Shown: positions 54,637 to 63,203 of the stretch, piece by piece
Layout: every line of letters begins with the position of its first letter
Numbering within the stretch: the first letter of the stretch is position 1
Source: a virus
Lineage: Duplodnaviria; Caudoviricetes
Virus record (IMG/VR): IMGVR_UViG_3300037183_000031
Coordinates: 3,302-67,301 of that record
Direction: 5' to 3' (one strand)
DNA: 64,000 nucleotides
Translations under genes and position numbers: made by a program
Notes under the pieces: model-generated
Told to the model about the DNA's origin: nothing
The model's database searches: none
What the model saw: the letters and a program-made list of their open reading frames with translations, nothing else

Positions 54637-54675
54637 GGTGTCAACGATGAACCTATTCCCAGGACCGTGTCAAAC

Positions 54676-54760
54676 CCCCGACGGACACCGGCCGCTCCTC
54701 CAACTCGACCGCACGCGGCAATGGTCCAAGATCGCCGCGTGCGTTCGGTGCCCGCCGGGG
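54676..54760 (-). ncRNA. Candidate structured RNA element
   Basis: 15-bp outer stem (two G-U pairs on the minus strand) and a perfect 10-bp inner stem in an intergenic gap. Confidence 0.4.
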
Positions 54761-54776
54761 ACTAACTAGTGTCTTG

Positions 54777-55217
54777 TTAGTTCTTGGTCTCTTCTTTCTC
54801 GGCCTTGGACGGCTTCACGTCCGTTAGGCGCTTGTCTTCGACCTGGGCTTCCTCGGGGCGCATCGCCCGGCTATCGATCTTCTCCGGTGGGTCCACGTCA
54901 ACCCGGTAGATGTCCACCCGGCGGCGCTTGAAGTCTCCAATCTCCGCGATCTCCACCTCCCGATCCTCTGTGCCGGTTTCCATGCAGTCCTCGATCTTTT
55001 GGATCTTGGCCTTCGTCTCCTTGATCTTCCCCTTGATTTCCTCGCTCTCCGTCTTGAATTGGAGTTGCTGCTCCTTCAGCTTTCCGGTCAGTTTGCCGAG
55101 GGCTTCCACCATCAGCAGCTTTTCGCCGTCTGACAGTTCAACCGGCATCGGCTTCTTGTATTGCCTTGTCGCCTCCTCGCCGTTGATCACCGTCGGTTTC
55201 TTATCTTTCTTGGCCAT
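54777..55217 (-). CDS. Charged coiled-coil hypothetical protein
   Basis: 146 aa; GGAAAGGA RBS. Confidence 0.65.
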   Translation of the reverse strand: MAKKDKKPTVINGEEATRQYKKPMPVELSDGEKLLMVEALGKLTGKLKEQQLQFKTESEEIKGKIKETKAKIQKIEDCMETGTEDREVEIAEIGDFKRRRVDIYRVDVDPPEKIDSRAMRPEEAQVEDKRLTDVKPSKAEKEETKN

Positions 55218-55446
55218 GGTTCTGAATCCTTTCCCGTTTGTCGTTTCGTGATTCTCCGCTATCCTTCGGCTTGTGATGCCAGGTCAGTCAACCCAAGCCA
55301 GCGCCGCCCCATTGTGGCCGATCGGAGTCCTGTTGGAGTCCGAAGTGGATGACCTCGTCGAAGAGGTGCGCGGTGCCGGTCATCTGACATTCGCTCGGCG
55401 GCTCGGGGACTGGTACGTGGTCGAGACCACGCGCGACGATACCTGA

Positions 55447-55677
55447 TCACTGCCCACGGCGATCCAATTGCTGGCGGATCTTGTCGATTCGCCTCTCCTG
55501 CTTGTCGGCAAGCGGCTTCATCATCCAGACGCCGAGAAGGGCGCACCCGAGCGCCAGCGCCAGGGCCCAGCCGATCCCGATGGCCAGCGGCGGGACGTGG
55601 CGGAGATCCGCCAGCCGTTCAGGGGCGCGCCGCCAACTCACTTTCCATCCCGAATCAGAGAACTTGCCGGGTAGCAC
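55447..55677 (-). CDS. Small membrane protein
   Basis: LAIGIGWALALALGCALLGVWMM TM segment. Confidence 0.5.
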   Translation of the reverse strand: MLPGKFSDSGWKVSWRRAPERLADLRHVPPLAIGIGWALALALGCALLGVWMMKPLADKQERRIDKIRQQLDRRGQ

Positions 55678-55847
55678 ACGAGCTGGGCGCCTTTCTTCCA
55701 GCTACATGCGGCGGTCAGGGTCTCGCCCTTGCCTTCTAAGTACAGAACCTCGACAGTGAGCACTGGGGAGCGATCCTCTCCCGAGATGCGCACACGATCG
55801 CCGATGGTAACCGGCGGGATCATCCGAACAACTCCGGTCTCGCGCAC
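55638..55847 (-). CDS. DUF2158/YodC-like small protein
   Basis: IGDRVRISG...PVLTV...ACSW...YPASSL. Confidence 0.55.
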   Translation of the reverse strand: MRETGVVRMIPPVTIGDRVRISGEDRSPVLTVEVLYLEGKGETLTAACSWKKGAQLVCYPASSLIRDGK

Positions 55848-57595
55848 ACTGTTCCGCGATCGATCTTGATTAGCTTGCGCGTGTTCAAACGGCTGATGTA
55901 CGTGTCTCGCGCGGATGACTTGTAGTCCACCACGTCGGATATTTGATCCCGCGTAAGACTCCCAGGATAGGCGTTGACCAACGCCTCCAGAATCCTTAGC
56001 TCCCCCGGCGGCAGACGCGCCATCCAGTAGTCGCGAAGCGCGTCCCCAGTGGGAAGCGCCTCAAAATCACCGAGTGCGGCAACGCCATCCTCGGTGGCAA
56101 TGACCGAGCCGTTTTCCACGTTTACGAACCCTTTGGTTCGAAGACGGGAGACGTATGTATCGCGCGCGCTGCTCTTATAACCGGCCAGAAACGAGAGTTG
56201 TTCCCGTGTGACGCCATTGGGATACTGCGCGGCAGCGGTCAGGATCTTTCGCTCACCGATAGGCATCGCCTCCCCGTTCGTCGCCGGCGGCCTGGTCAAC
56301 GCGCGCGCCAGGGCAGCCACGGAGGTTCCCGTCGGCGCCGCCACGCCGATCGAACGCTGACCGTCATGATTCGTGGGGAATGACTTTGGAACCGCCGGCG
56401 TCTTGGTTGTGCGCTTGAGGACGCCAAGCAGGCGCCCGATCAACGCCTGACCTTCGCGCGCGTCCTGCGCCATCTTCCCGAGTCCATTATGGGCGAGCCC
56501 GGCGGCGTTCTGTGCTTCTGTAAGCGCCTCGGCTCTCTGTTCCGCCAGCTTGATCCAGGTGGCTAACTCTCGGCGAAGGCTCGCATCCGCGGGCGCCGCA
56601 GATGCCACCGGAGCTGATTTAGGACGCTTGGCCAGTTCCGCGCGAAGCTTGGACACCTCACGCTTTAATTCCGCCGGATCGTTCGCCCGAGCATCCGCAA
56701 TCGCCTTTCCCATCGCCGACTCCAGGGACGCGAGATCGAGGGAGTCCATCTTCACCGCGGCCTTGGCCTTGTCCGGTGTTGCGCTGGCGTCATACGTCGA
56801 TTTCAGCGCCAGTTTGAAGCGTCCGTAGACATCGAACAGGGACGGACTCCACACGATCGCTGATCCACGTTCCAGGCTCGGCAACTCTCCCGCCACTTCA
56901 CCGCGACCGGGGGCGCCCTTTTCCTGCACCCACTCAGCGATCGCCTTGCGTTCCAGTACGCCCAGCGTGCGAAACGCCACGACCGTTTCCGCGAGATTCA
57001 AAACGTCTTTGTTGATCTTCTGGGGACGCAGGGACAGCAGCCCAACGCCGATCCCAAAATTCCTACCAACCTCCGCCATCTCTTCGAAGGCCCCCAGACA
57101 CCGCGACAGGAACGGATCCGCGAAGCGCATTACCTGTGGGATCAGGCGCTGGCTTTCCTCCACGATCACCGACACCGGGCCCAGGTGACGTTTCTTCGCC
57201 TCGAAAAAGGCTTCGGCGAATTCAGCGGCGAACCGGACCCGCTCGCCCTTCGACATCATCGAAATATCCAGCACGGCCGACGACTGGCTAGCTGCCAGCG
57301 CTTCCGCGACCTGCTTGCCGGCGCCTGGCGGCAGGGCTATGTCGCCGTGGGCGCCGCCCAACACCGGGATCTTGAACCGGCTCGGTGTCTTGCCGTCGCT
57401 ATCCAAGCGCAGCGAAAACCACGGGCCCACGGCGTCGATCACGACCACCGGGATCCCGGCGTCCAGGATCCCCTCCGCGATCACGGCCGCCAGGTTGCTC
57501 TTGCCGCTGCCACGAATGCCGAGCGCCGCCCACACGGACGTCGCCAGAGCGTGGGCGTCGAAGTCCAGTCCTTCACCGAGATGAACCTTTTTCAC
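55820..57595 (-). CDS. HerA/FtsK-superfamily ATPase with two C-terminal winged-helix repeats
   Basis: GIRGSGKS, VIVEESQ and LRPQKINKDVL; repeats GERKIL...TREQL...YKSSARDTYVSRL and GELRIL...TRDQI...YKSSARDTYISRL. Confidence 0.85.
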   Translation of the reverse strand: MKKVHLGEGLDFDAHALATSVWAALGIRGSGKSNLAAVIAEGILDAGIPVVVIDAVGPWFSLRLDSDGKTPSRFKIPVLGGAHGDIALPPGAGKQVAEALAASQSSAVLDISMMSKGERVRFAAEFAEAFFEAKKRHLGPVSVIVEESQRLIPQVMRFADPFLSRCLGAFEEMAEVGRNFGIGVGLLSLRPQKINKDVLNLAETVVAFRTLGVLERKAIAEWVQEKGAPGRGEVAGELPSLERGSAIVWSPSLFDVYGRFKLALKSTYDASATPDKAKAAVKMDSLDLASLESAMGKAIADARANDPAELKREVSKLRAELAKRPKSAPVASAAPADASLRRELATWIKLAEQRAEALTEAQNAAGLAHNGLGKMAQDAREGQALIGRLLGVLKRTTKTPAVPKSFPTNHDGQRSIGVAAPTGTSVAALARALTRPPATNGEAMPIGERKILTAAAQYPNGVTREQLSFLAGYKSSARDTYVSRLRTKGFVNVENGSVIATEDGVAALGDFEALPTGDALRDYWMARLPPGELRILEALVNAYPGSLTRDQISDVVDYKSSARDTYISRLNTRKLIKIDRGTVCARPELFG

Positions 57596-58014
57596 GCTGC
57601 CTCCGATTGTTCTTCGATATATCTGGCCTGAGTCTCGGCAATTCGACGATCGGCCCAGTCGCGACGCGCGGCTTTATCGTGAAGCGCGAATGGCCCCGTC
57701 ATGTCGTGCCAGCAACGATGGTGCTTGGTGCAGAGCGGGATCGCGGTTCTGTCATCGGCCTTGATACCAGTGCCTGGTCGCCGCCCCGCGTGATGCGCCT
57801 CGACGGGTCCATTGCAAAGGCACTCTGCAACGCACGCCAGTACACACGACAGGGTTCTCACCCACGCCAGATAGTCCGGGTCTGACTGCACGGTCTTCAG
57901 CCGGCGCGGGGGCTTGGCCTTCATCGGCGTTTTGCGCTTCATGCGCTTGCGCGCGCGTAGCGGCTTGGGCTCTTTCACGCGCGCCGTTGGCTTTGGGAAG
58001 CGAGGTAGCGTCAC
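57592..58014 (-). CDS. DUF968 / HNH-like nuclease
   Basis: YLAWVRTLSC...EAHHAG...GIKADDRTAIPLCTKHHRCWH. Confidence 0.8.
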   Translation of the reverse strand: MTLPRFPKPTARVKEPKPLRARKRMKRKTPMKAKPPRRLKTVQSDPDYLAWVRTLSCVLACVAECLCNGPVEAHHAGRRPGTGIKADDRTAIPLCTKHHRCWHDMTGPFALHDKAARRDWADRRIAETQARYIEEQSEAA

Positions 58015-58817
58015 GGAGACATCAGCCTCGCAGATGCCTCAAGATGTTCGGCGATCTCCTCCAACTCGCTCACGGCCACTGCAATAACCGTAACCGCCCC
58101 TTGCGTGGAGCACAGAAGCGGCGGCGACATCACAGCTCGGATGCGCGCCGCAAACTCGGCCAGCTTCTCGACGTCTGGCGCCATCGCCAGACGCGCGAGC
58201 CGTCCACGCTCTACCGCCGCCTCTTGCTCCGCCGCCCGCGTCTTCGCTGCGGTCTCCTCCTCGAGGGCGCGCCGTTGGAACTCCAGAGCGGCTTGCTCGG
58301 CGCGGATGCGATTGCGTTCCGCCTTGGCTTTCTCCTCCGCTTGGCGTGTGGCCTCAGCCAGCGCGGCCTTGTCCGCCTCAAGCTTGGCGCGCTCCTCGCG
58401 GATGCGTGCCTCCTCGGCGTCCCGCGCCGCCTTGTCGATGGCCTCCTGGGCTTCCCGCTCGGCCTTCGCCTTGGCCTCTGCCTCGGCGACCAGGGCCCGC
58501 GCTTTCTCGATTCTGATTCGCTCCTTCTCGGCGTCGATGGCTTCTTTCTTGGCACGCAGGGGCGCCTCAATCACCTCGATCCTGTTGGTCAGGTCCTTCG
58601 CTACGGCGTCGCACTTGCGACCGAAGGCCAACGCGTCGGCCTTCAACTCCACGCGTCGCTTTTCAATCGCCACGCGCGTCGACCGCAGATGTCCGATCGC
58701 GAGTCTGACCTCCTCGTATCCGTCTGGCGTCGTCGCTTCCAGGCCAGCGTAACGCTCGGCCACCTCGGCGATCTGCGCCGTTGTCGTGTCATACGTAACC
58801 AGGGCGTCGTAAGTCAA
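58011..58817 (-). CDS. Coiled-coil phage protein
   Basis: LRSTRVAIEKRRVELKADAL...; long E/A/K/R heptads. Confidence 0.7.
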   Translation of the reverse strand: MTYDALVTYDTTTAQIAEVAERYAGLEATTPDGYEEVRLAIGHLRSTRVAIEKRRVELKADALAFGRKCDAVAKDLTNRIEVIEAPLRAKKEAIDAEKERIRIEKARALVAEAEAKAKAEREAQEAIDKAARDAEEARIREERAKLEADKAALAEATRQAEEKAKAERNRIRAEQAALEFQRRALEEETAAKTRAAEQEAAVERGRLARLAMAPDVEKLAEFAARIRAVMSPPLLCSTQGAVTVIAVAVSELEEIAEHLEASARLMSP

Positions 58818-59101
58818 TGTGTACCTCCGGGCGTCTTGGCCATCAGGTTGTCCCCGTCTTTCACTTGCTGGATCGCCAGGCTCAGCAGTTGCCCATGGTC
58901 TACCTCCGGGTCCGAGGCGATCACAATGTGCCCCGCAGAATCGATCACGATCAACAGAAACTGCACCGGGTTCCCGTGACGATGCTGAACCACTGAATCA
59001 GCCATGTGGGCGGCTGCATTCAGCAGCCCTTCCACGTCCGCCACGGTTGTCACCCTGGCCGCCGTATGTTTTTGGGCGTCAGGTTCAACATGGTGATCCA
59101 C
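58814..59101 (-). CDS. Hypothetical protein
   Basis: 95 aa; GGAGGGG RBS. Confidence 0.55.
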   Translation of the reverse strand: MDHHVEPDAQKHTAARVTTVADVEGLLNAAAHMADSVVQHRHGNPVQFLLIVIDSAGHIVIASDPEVDHGQLLSLAIQQVKDGDNLMAKTPGGTH

Positions 59102-59652
59102 CCCTCCTGTTCATCGTATGGGCCCCATCGAAACCAGGCGTATTCGGTCGCGTCGGTGTCCCCACTCTCCATGAAGCTTGGGCGATTTGGGAGGACGAAC
59201 AAATCAGGCTCCTTGTCGGCGAAGAACTCCCAGCGCTCCTCAGAGGCCATAAAATTGACCCGCAGTAGAAGCACGATCTCGGCCGCTGGGCACAACTCCC
59301 GGAACTTGCGTTGGGTCTCCTCTGCGATCTCGAAATCTGGATTGCCAAGCACGGTCGTCACGTCTGTCAACGGCATCGACCACTTCAGATAGTCCGCGAT
59401 CGATACGATGTCAGCGCCGGCCGCGTACAGTTGATCCTTGAACCTCGCCTGGCGTTCGACCGCGTGCCACACCGGAGAGACGTGGTGTCTCGCTGCCTGG
59501 ATGATCGCTCCGGTGCCAGCCCCCGGCTCAAGCCACACCCCGCCCGGATTAAGCGGCTTCCACTTCTCGAACAGGCGATCGACGGTCCAGGCAGGCGTGC
59601 TCACGTGCCCAAACTTGCCGACCACCTTCTCTCCACGACCCTTTGCTGACAT
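59050..59652 (-). CDS. Phage adenine DNA methyltransferase-like protein
   Basis: STPAWTV, WLEPGAGTG (SAM binding), GNPDF (motif IV variant), RPSF and TEYAWF. Confidence 0.75.
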   Translation of the reverse strand: MSAKGRGEKVVGKFGHVSTPAWTVDRLFEKWKPLNPGGVWLEPGAGTGAIIQAARHHVSPVWHAVERQARFKDQLYAAGADIVSIADYLKWSMPLTDVTTVLGNPDFEIAEETQRKFRELCPAAEIVLLLRVNFMASEERWEFFADKEPDLFVLPNRPSFMESGDTDATEYAWFRWGPYDEQEGWITMLNLTPKNIRRPG

Positions 59653-59654
59653 GA

Positions 59655-59951
59655 CTACCTCTTACCGCGACGTGCTGGGATCGGGACAAACACAACCCCC
59701 GCGGCCACTAGGCGGGCGAGCTCGCCACACATGCCGATGCCTCGGGCGTTCTCCACGGCAAAGCCACGTCCTCGAGCGACGACGCGGATGGTTTGCGGCT
59801 GAGAGTCCCGGGTCTTGGCGATGTAGCGACCGGGCTTGATCACCACGGCCGTTTGCCTCGGAGTCCGAGGAGCGCGTACGCCGCTCCCCCGAGGCTGCCC
59901 CGCCTGCGGGCATTCCCTTACACGGATCATCGGCCCCGCTGTCAGCGACAT
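59655..59951 (-). CDS. Hypothetical protein
   Basis: 98 aa; GGGGAGG RBS. Confidence 0.45.
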   Translation of the reverse strand: MSLTAGPMIRVRECPQAGQPRGSGVRAPRTPRQTAVVIKPGRYIAKTRDSQPQTIRVVARGRGFAVENARGIGMCGELARLVAAGVVFVPIPARRGKR

Positions 59952-60185
59952 TGGGTTTAGCCTCCCCGCTCGGATTCGGAAGTCATTTGCGCCATGAAGA
60001 GACGATCCCGGCGACCCAGAACCCGGCGACGCTGATCAGGATGCACGTCAGGAACCAGTGCTGATAAACGGTGCAGGGCGGTCACTTTTGCACGTTCACT
60101 TTCTCCGCCAGCTTCGCGTGCGGCGGGCATAGATCAACGTTCACGATTCCAGGGGTGGCGCCGCTTAGGTCGCGATCTTCGTCCC

Positions 60186-60389
60186 TCACGTCGAGGGCGT
60201 GGCGCAGCCTTCGCAGATATAGGCGTCACAGGTCTGCGAACCCTTTCGCCGCTTCACCGAGGCGTCGCACTGGCGACTACCGGGCTTCGTACAACCTGGC
60301 ACGGAACACTGCGGTCTGCGCTGGCGCGAGCCACAGGCGATGCCCACGGCGTTTCCACCCACGAAGATTGTCCGACATTCGCGGGGCAT
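60186..60389 (-). CDS. Cys-rich Zn-finger small protein
   Basis: CSVPGC...QCD...TCDAYICEGCA. Confidence 0.55.
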   Translation of the reverse strand: MPRECRTIFVGGNAVGIACGSRQRRPQCSVPGCTKPGSRQCDASVKRRKGSQTCDAYICEGCATPST

Positions 60390-60809
60390 CTAAAACAGTT
60401 CTCCCGCGGCCTTGCGAGCGCGCCGACTTTTCGCCGCCCTTCGCTGGTTATCCTCTCGATCGTGTCGAAGATGGTGCATCTGACAGAGGGCGGCGAGATT
60501 TGAATCGGCGTTGTCGCTCTCCACGTGGTTGAGATGCGCGATCGTGAGCACGACCTTCACCGCCTGGGCTCCTTCCCACTCCGACCCGCGCCAGGTCCCA
60601 AACGGCGTCCCGTCGTAGCCGAACACCTCCCCGCCGTCAGCCAGCATATAAGCGCCCTTCTCGACTCCCCATTGGAAGTCCTTGTCCCGGCTTATCCAAG
60701 CTCCGTTCGGCGCCCGGCAAGACTTGCAGCGATTCCCGTCGCGTCGGAGGATCCTGACTCGGATCTCTTTCCAGTCGGCGGCGTAACGTTCCTTTCGGAA
60801 GCTCATCAT
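60390..60809 (-). CDS. HNH endonuclease-like protein
   Basis: RRDGNRCKSC...VLTIAHLNH...NLAALCQMHHLRHD; start ATG 60809. Confidence 0.8.
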   Translation of the reverse strand: MMSFRKERYAADWKEIRVRILRRDGNRCKSCRAPNGAWISRDKDFQWGVEKGAYMLADGGEVFGYDGTPFGTWRGSEWEGAQAVKVVLTIAHLNHVESDNADSNLAALCQMHHLRHDREDNQRRAAKSRRARKAAGELF

Positions 60810-61015
60810 CTGATCCAGGGACGTAGCAAATAGCCCAGCACCACGAGCCCGATCAACAGCGCTGGTAATCCCCACAGTGGAAGCAGAACCACCGCCCACG
60901 GAACCACCGACGCAGCTTCAACTAGGAAGCGTATCGCTATCGACAGTGCCAAGGCGATCAGCCACACCCGTTCCCCGCGCTGCGCCCACACTTCCGCTTT
61001 CTGCCGAGTGATCAT
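60806..61015 (-). CDS. Small two-TM membrane protein
   Basis: Two hydrophobic segments in 69 aa. Confidence 0.6.
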   Translation of the reverse strand: MITRQKAEVWAQRGERVWLIALALSIAIRFLVEAASVVPWAVVLLPLWGLPALLIGLVVLGYLLRPWIR

Positions 61016-61022
61016 GATGTGT

Positions 61023-62204
61023 CTACGTCTCGAACTTGGCCATCTGGTCGATCACTTCCTGCCGTTGCGCCTCGGGTATTTCTTCGAGCCTTCCGCGCTT
61101 GAACCAGGACGACACATCCGCCTCGGATACGCCGGCCTTCTTCACCGCGTTGCGAAGGTCTTGGATGCTCGGCGCTGTGCTGACCTTGGGCGTGTCGAGC
61201 CCCAGTCCCGTAGCAGCCGCGTCAAGCGCCGCCTTGGCCTCCCGCGTGGTCTTCGCGACCACGGCAGCCTCCTTCAGGTCCTTCGGCTTGGTCGACGTCG
61301 CCGGCGGGGTCCCATCGGCTCGCTGGCGCAATGCAGACATGATTTTCGAGGCGTCCGCGCTGGTCAGGTCCTGGATCCGCTCCTTGCCGCAAAGGTCGGT
61401 GATGTAGCTGGTCAGCAGGTCGCGGGTCGGGATTCCGATCCGCCGTTGCAGTTCCGTGATCTCGGTCCACTGCCCCGCGGTCATGCCGTCGGATCCAGAG
61501 TCTTCGATCGCCGTCTCATCGTCAGGCGCGAAGATGTTGGATGCCGCGGTGGCGGTTAGGATCGCCGCCAGCTTCGCCCGTTTGTTCCCGAGCTTGGTGA
61601 TCGTGTTGTGGAGGTTCCAGATCGCATCGGTCATCGGCACGAGGGACTGATCCGTGATCGCCTTGTCCTTGTCGGCGTACTCCGCGCCGCAGCCGCCCCT
61701 CTTTCGCCAGCAGAACCACCCGCCATCTTTGCTGGCGTAGATCGTGTGGGCGTTGCACTTCGGGCACGTCTTGGTGTTCGTCCTCGAGGAGTACTTGTCC
61801 TCGCGCGAGTTGGAGGTCCCGATCCCCTCTCCGACACACTGCCCGGTCGGGATGTGGATCAGGCGGCAGCGGATAACCATGCTGATGAAGTCGTCCCGCT
61901 CCACCAGGCGGATGGCCTCGTACTCGGTCCTGAAGCGGAACAACATGCACAGAAGATCGGCGCCCGGCTGGTAGAGCACCGGCTTGCTGATGTCCTTGCC
62001 GGTCTTCGGGTCTCGCTTCTCGGTCCCCGGGATCACGCCGTAGTGTTCGCCGTCCTTCATGATCTCCTTCATCATCTGGTGGATCGCGGTCACCTGATGC
62101 GAGACCCGACGCACCTCGGCCACGTAGTCAACCTCACCCATTTCGGCGGGGGCTCTCACGAGGGACATCGGGGACTGGATGACTTCCGGCACGCTTACGC
62201 TCAT
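61023..62204 (-). CDS. Putative single-strand annealing protein with Zn-ribbon insert
   Basis: Directly downstream of YqaJ; GEHYGVIPGT...KPVLYQPGADLLC and CPKC...FCWRKRGGCG. The function is inferred from position. Confidence 0.55.
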   Translation of the reverse strand: MSVSVPEVIQSPMSLVRAPAEMGEVDYVAEVRRVSHQVTAIHQMMKEIMKDGEHYGVIPGTEKRDPKTGKDISKPVLYQPGADLLCMLFRFRTEYEAIRLVERDDFISMVIRCRLIHIPTGQCVGEGIGTSNSREDKYSSRTNTKTCPKCNAHTIYASKDGGWFCWRKRGGCGAEYADKDKAITDQSLVPMTDAIWNLHNTITKLGNKRAKLAAILTATAASNIFAPDDETAIEDSGSDGMTAGQWTEITELQRRIGIPTRDLLTSYITDLCGKERIQDLTSADASKIMSALRQRADGTPPATSTKPKDLKEAAVVAKTTREAKAALDAAATGLGLDTPKVSTAPSIQDLRNAVKKAGVSEADVSSWFKRGRLEEIPEAQRQEVIDQMAKFET

Positions 62205-62252
62205 GGTTGGTTGCTCCTGATCTGATTCTTGCTTTGGCGGATCGCCACCGGA

Positions 62253-63203
62253 TCACTTTTTCTTTCGCGCACCCTCCAGCTTCAGAACGCGGAAGGTCGA
62301 TCCCTCCACCCAGCCTCCCTCTCGTGTCTGATGCTTGTAGGTCAGCCGTCGACCGTCCGGCAACACGCCGAAGGTGGCGGCTCCGATCTCGGCGGTTAGA
62401 TGATTTTTGGCCTCTTTTGCCATGTCCTCCGCTCTCTTGATCGTTCCCTTCGCTCCTTCAAGCTGGACATACCAGTCAAGGGCTTCAAGGGATAGCTCCA
62501 CGGTCGTGCCATCGTCGAGGGGATGGAGGCGCTTCAAAGCGATTGCCGTGGCCTCGGACGCGTCCACCGGGGGCGGCTCGTCCCGCACCACGAACCCCCA
62601 GAACCAGGCGATCTGATCCTCGATCTCCTTGATGAACGCATCGTCACGCTGGACGGTGAAGTGGCGGAACTTGTTCCCGCCGATCAACACCGCGACGTCG
62701 GCCCACGGTGCCCCGGTGACCGCCATCTCGGCCTGCTCCTGGATCTGGACGTGGTTGGGCACGCCGTCGTCCCAGTTCGCCGCCATGTAGTGACCGGCGT
62801 TTTTCAGCTGTAGCAGGCCGGGGACTTTCTTGCCCTCCGCCTCCACTACCCATCGGTCCGGCGTGCAGCGGAAGATCGGAATCCGCGGATGCTGCGCCAT
62901 GCAGAACGGGTTACCTCCGTCCCACAGCTTGTTTCCGGTGACCTTCTCGTATCGTGCGGCAATCGCGGGCTCGAGAAGTTGACCCCATTCGAGCCATTCG
63001 CCCTCGAGGTCTTCTGGCGGCAGGCGTCCGGTCTTGCGCGCCCACAGAGAGAACGGCGATCCCCACGACTCTGGGGCCATCCCAAACAGGATCGCGATCT
63101 CGCTGGCTCCGATCCCGCTCGTTCGACTGGCGAGCCAGGTTTCGCGGTCCTTGAAGTTGATCAGCTTGCCGGTCATGTCGGCAGGGGTCTCGATTGCGGT
63201 CAT
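62253..63203 (-). CDS. YqaJ-like viral recombinase exonuclease
   Basis: WLASRTSGIGASE, SPFSLWARKTG, WGQLLEP, CTPD, LQLK and VQIQEQAEMAVTG. Confidence 0.92.
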   Translation of the reverse strand: MTAIETPADMTGKLINFKDRETWLASRTSGIGASEIAILFGMAPESWGSPFSLWARKTGRLPPEDLEGEWLEWGQLLEPAIAARYEKVTGNKLWDGGNPFCMAQHPRIPIFRCTPDRWVVEAEGKKVPGLLQLKNAGHYMAANWDDGVPNHVQIQEQAEMAVTGAPWADVAVLIGGNKFRHFTVQRDDAFIKEIEDQIAWFWGFVVRDEPPPVDASEATAIALKRLHPLDDGTTVELSLEALDWYVQLEGAKGTIKRAEDMAKEAKNHLTAEIGAATFGVLPDGRRLTYKHQTREGGWVEGSTFRVLKLEGARKKK

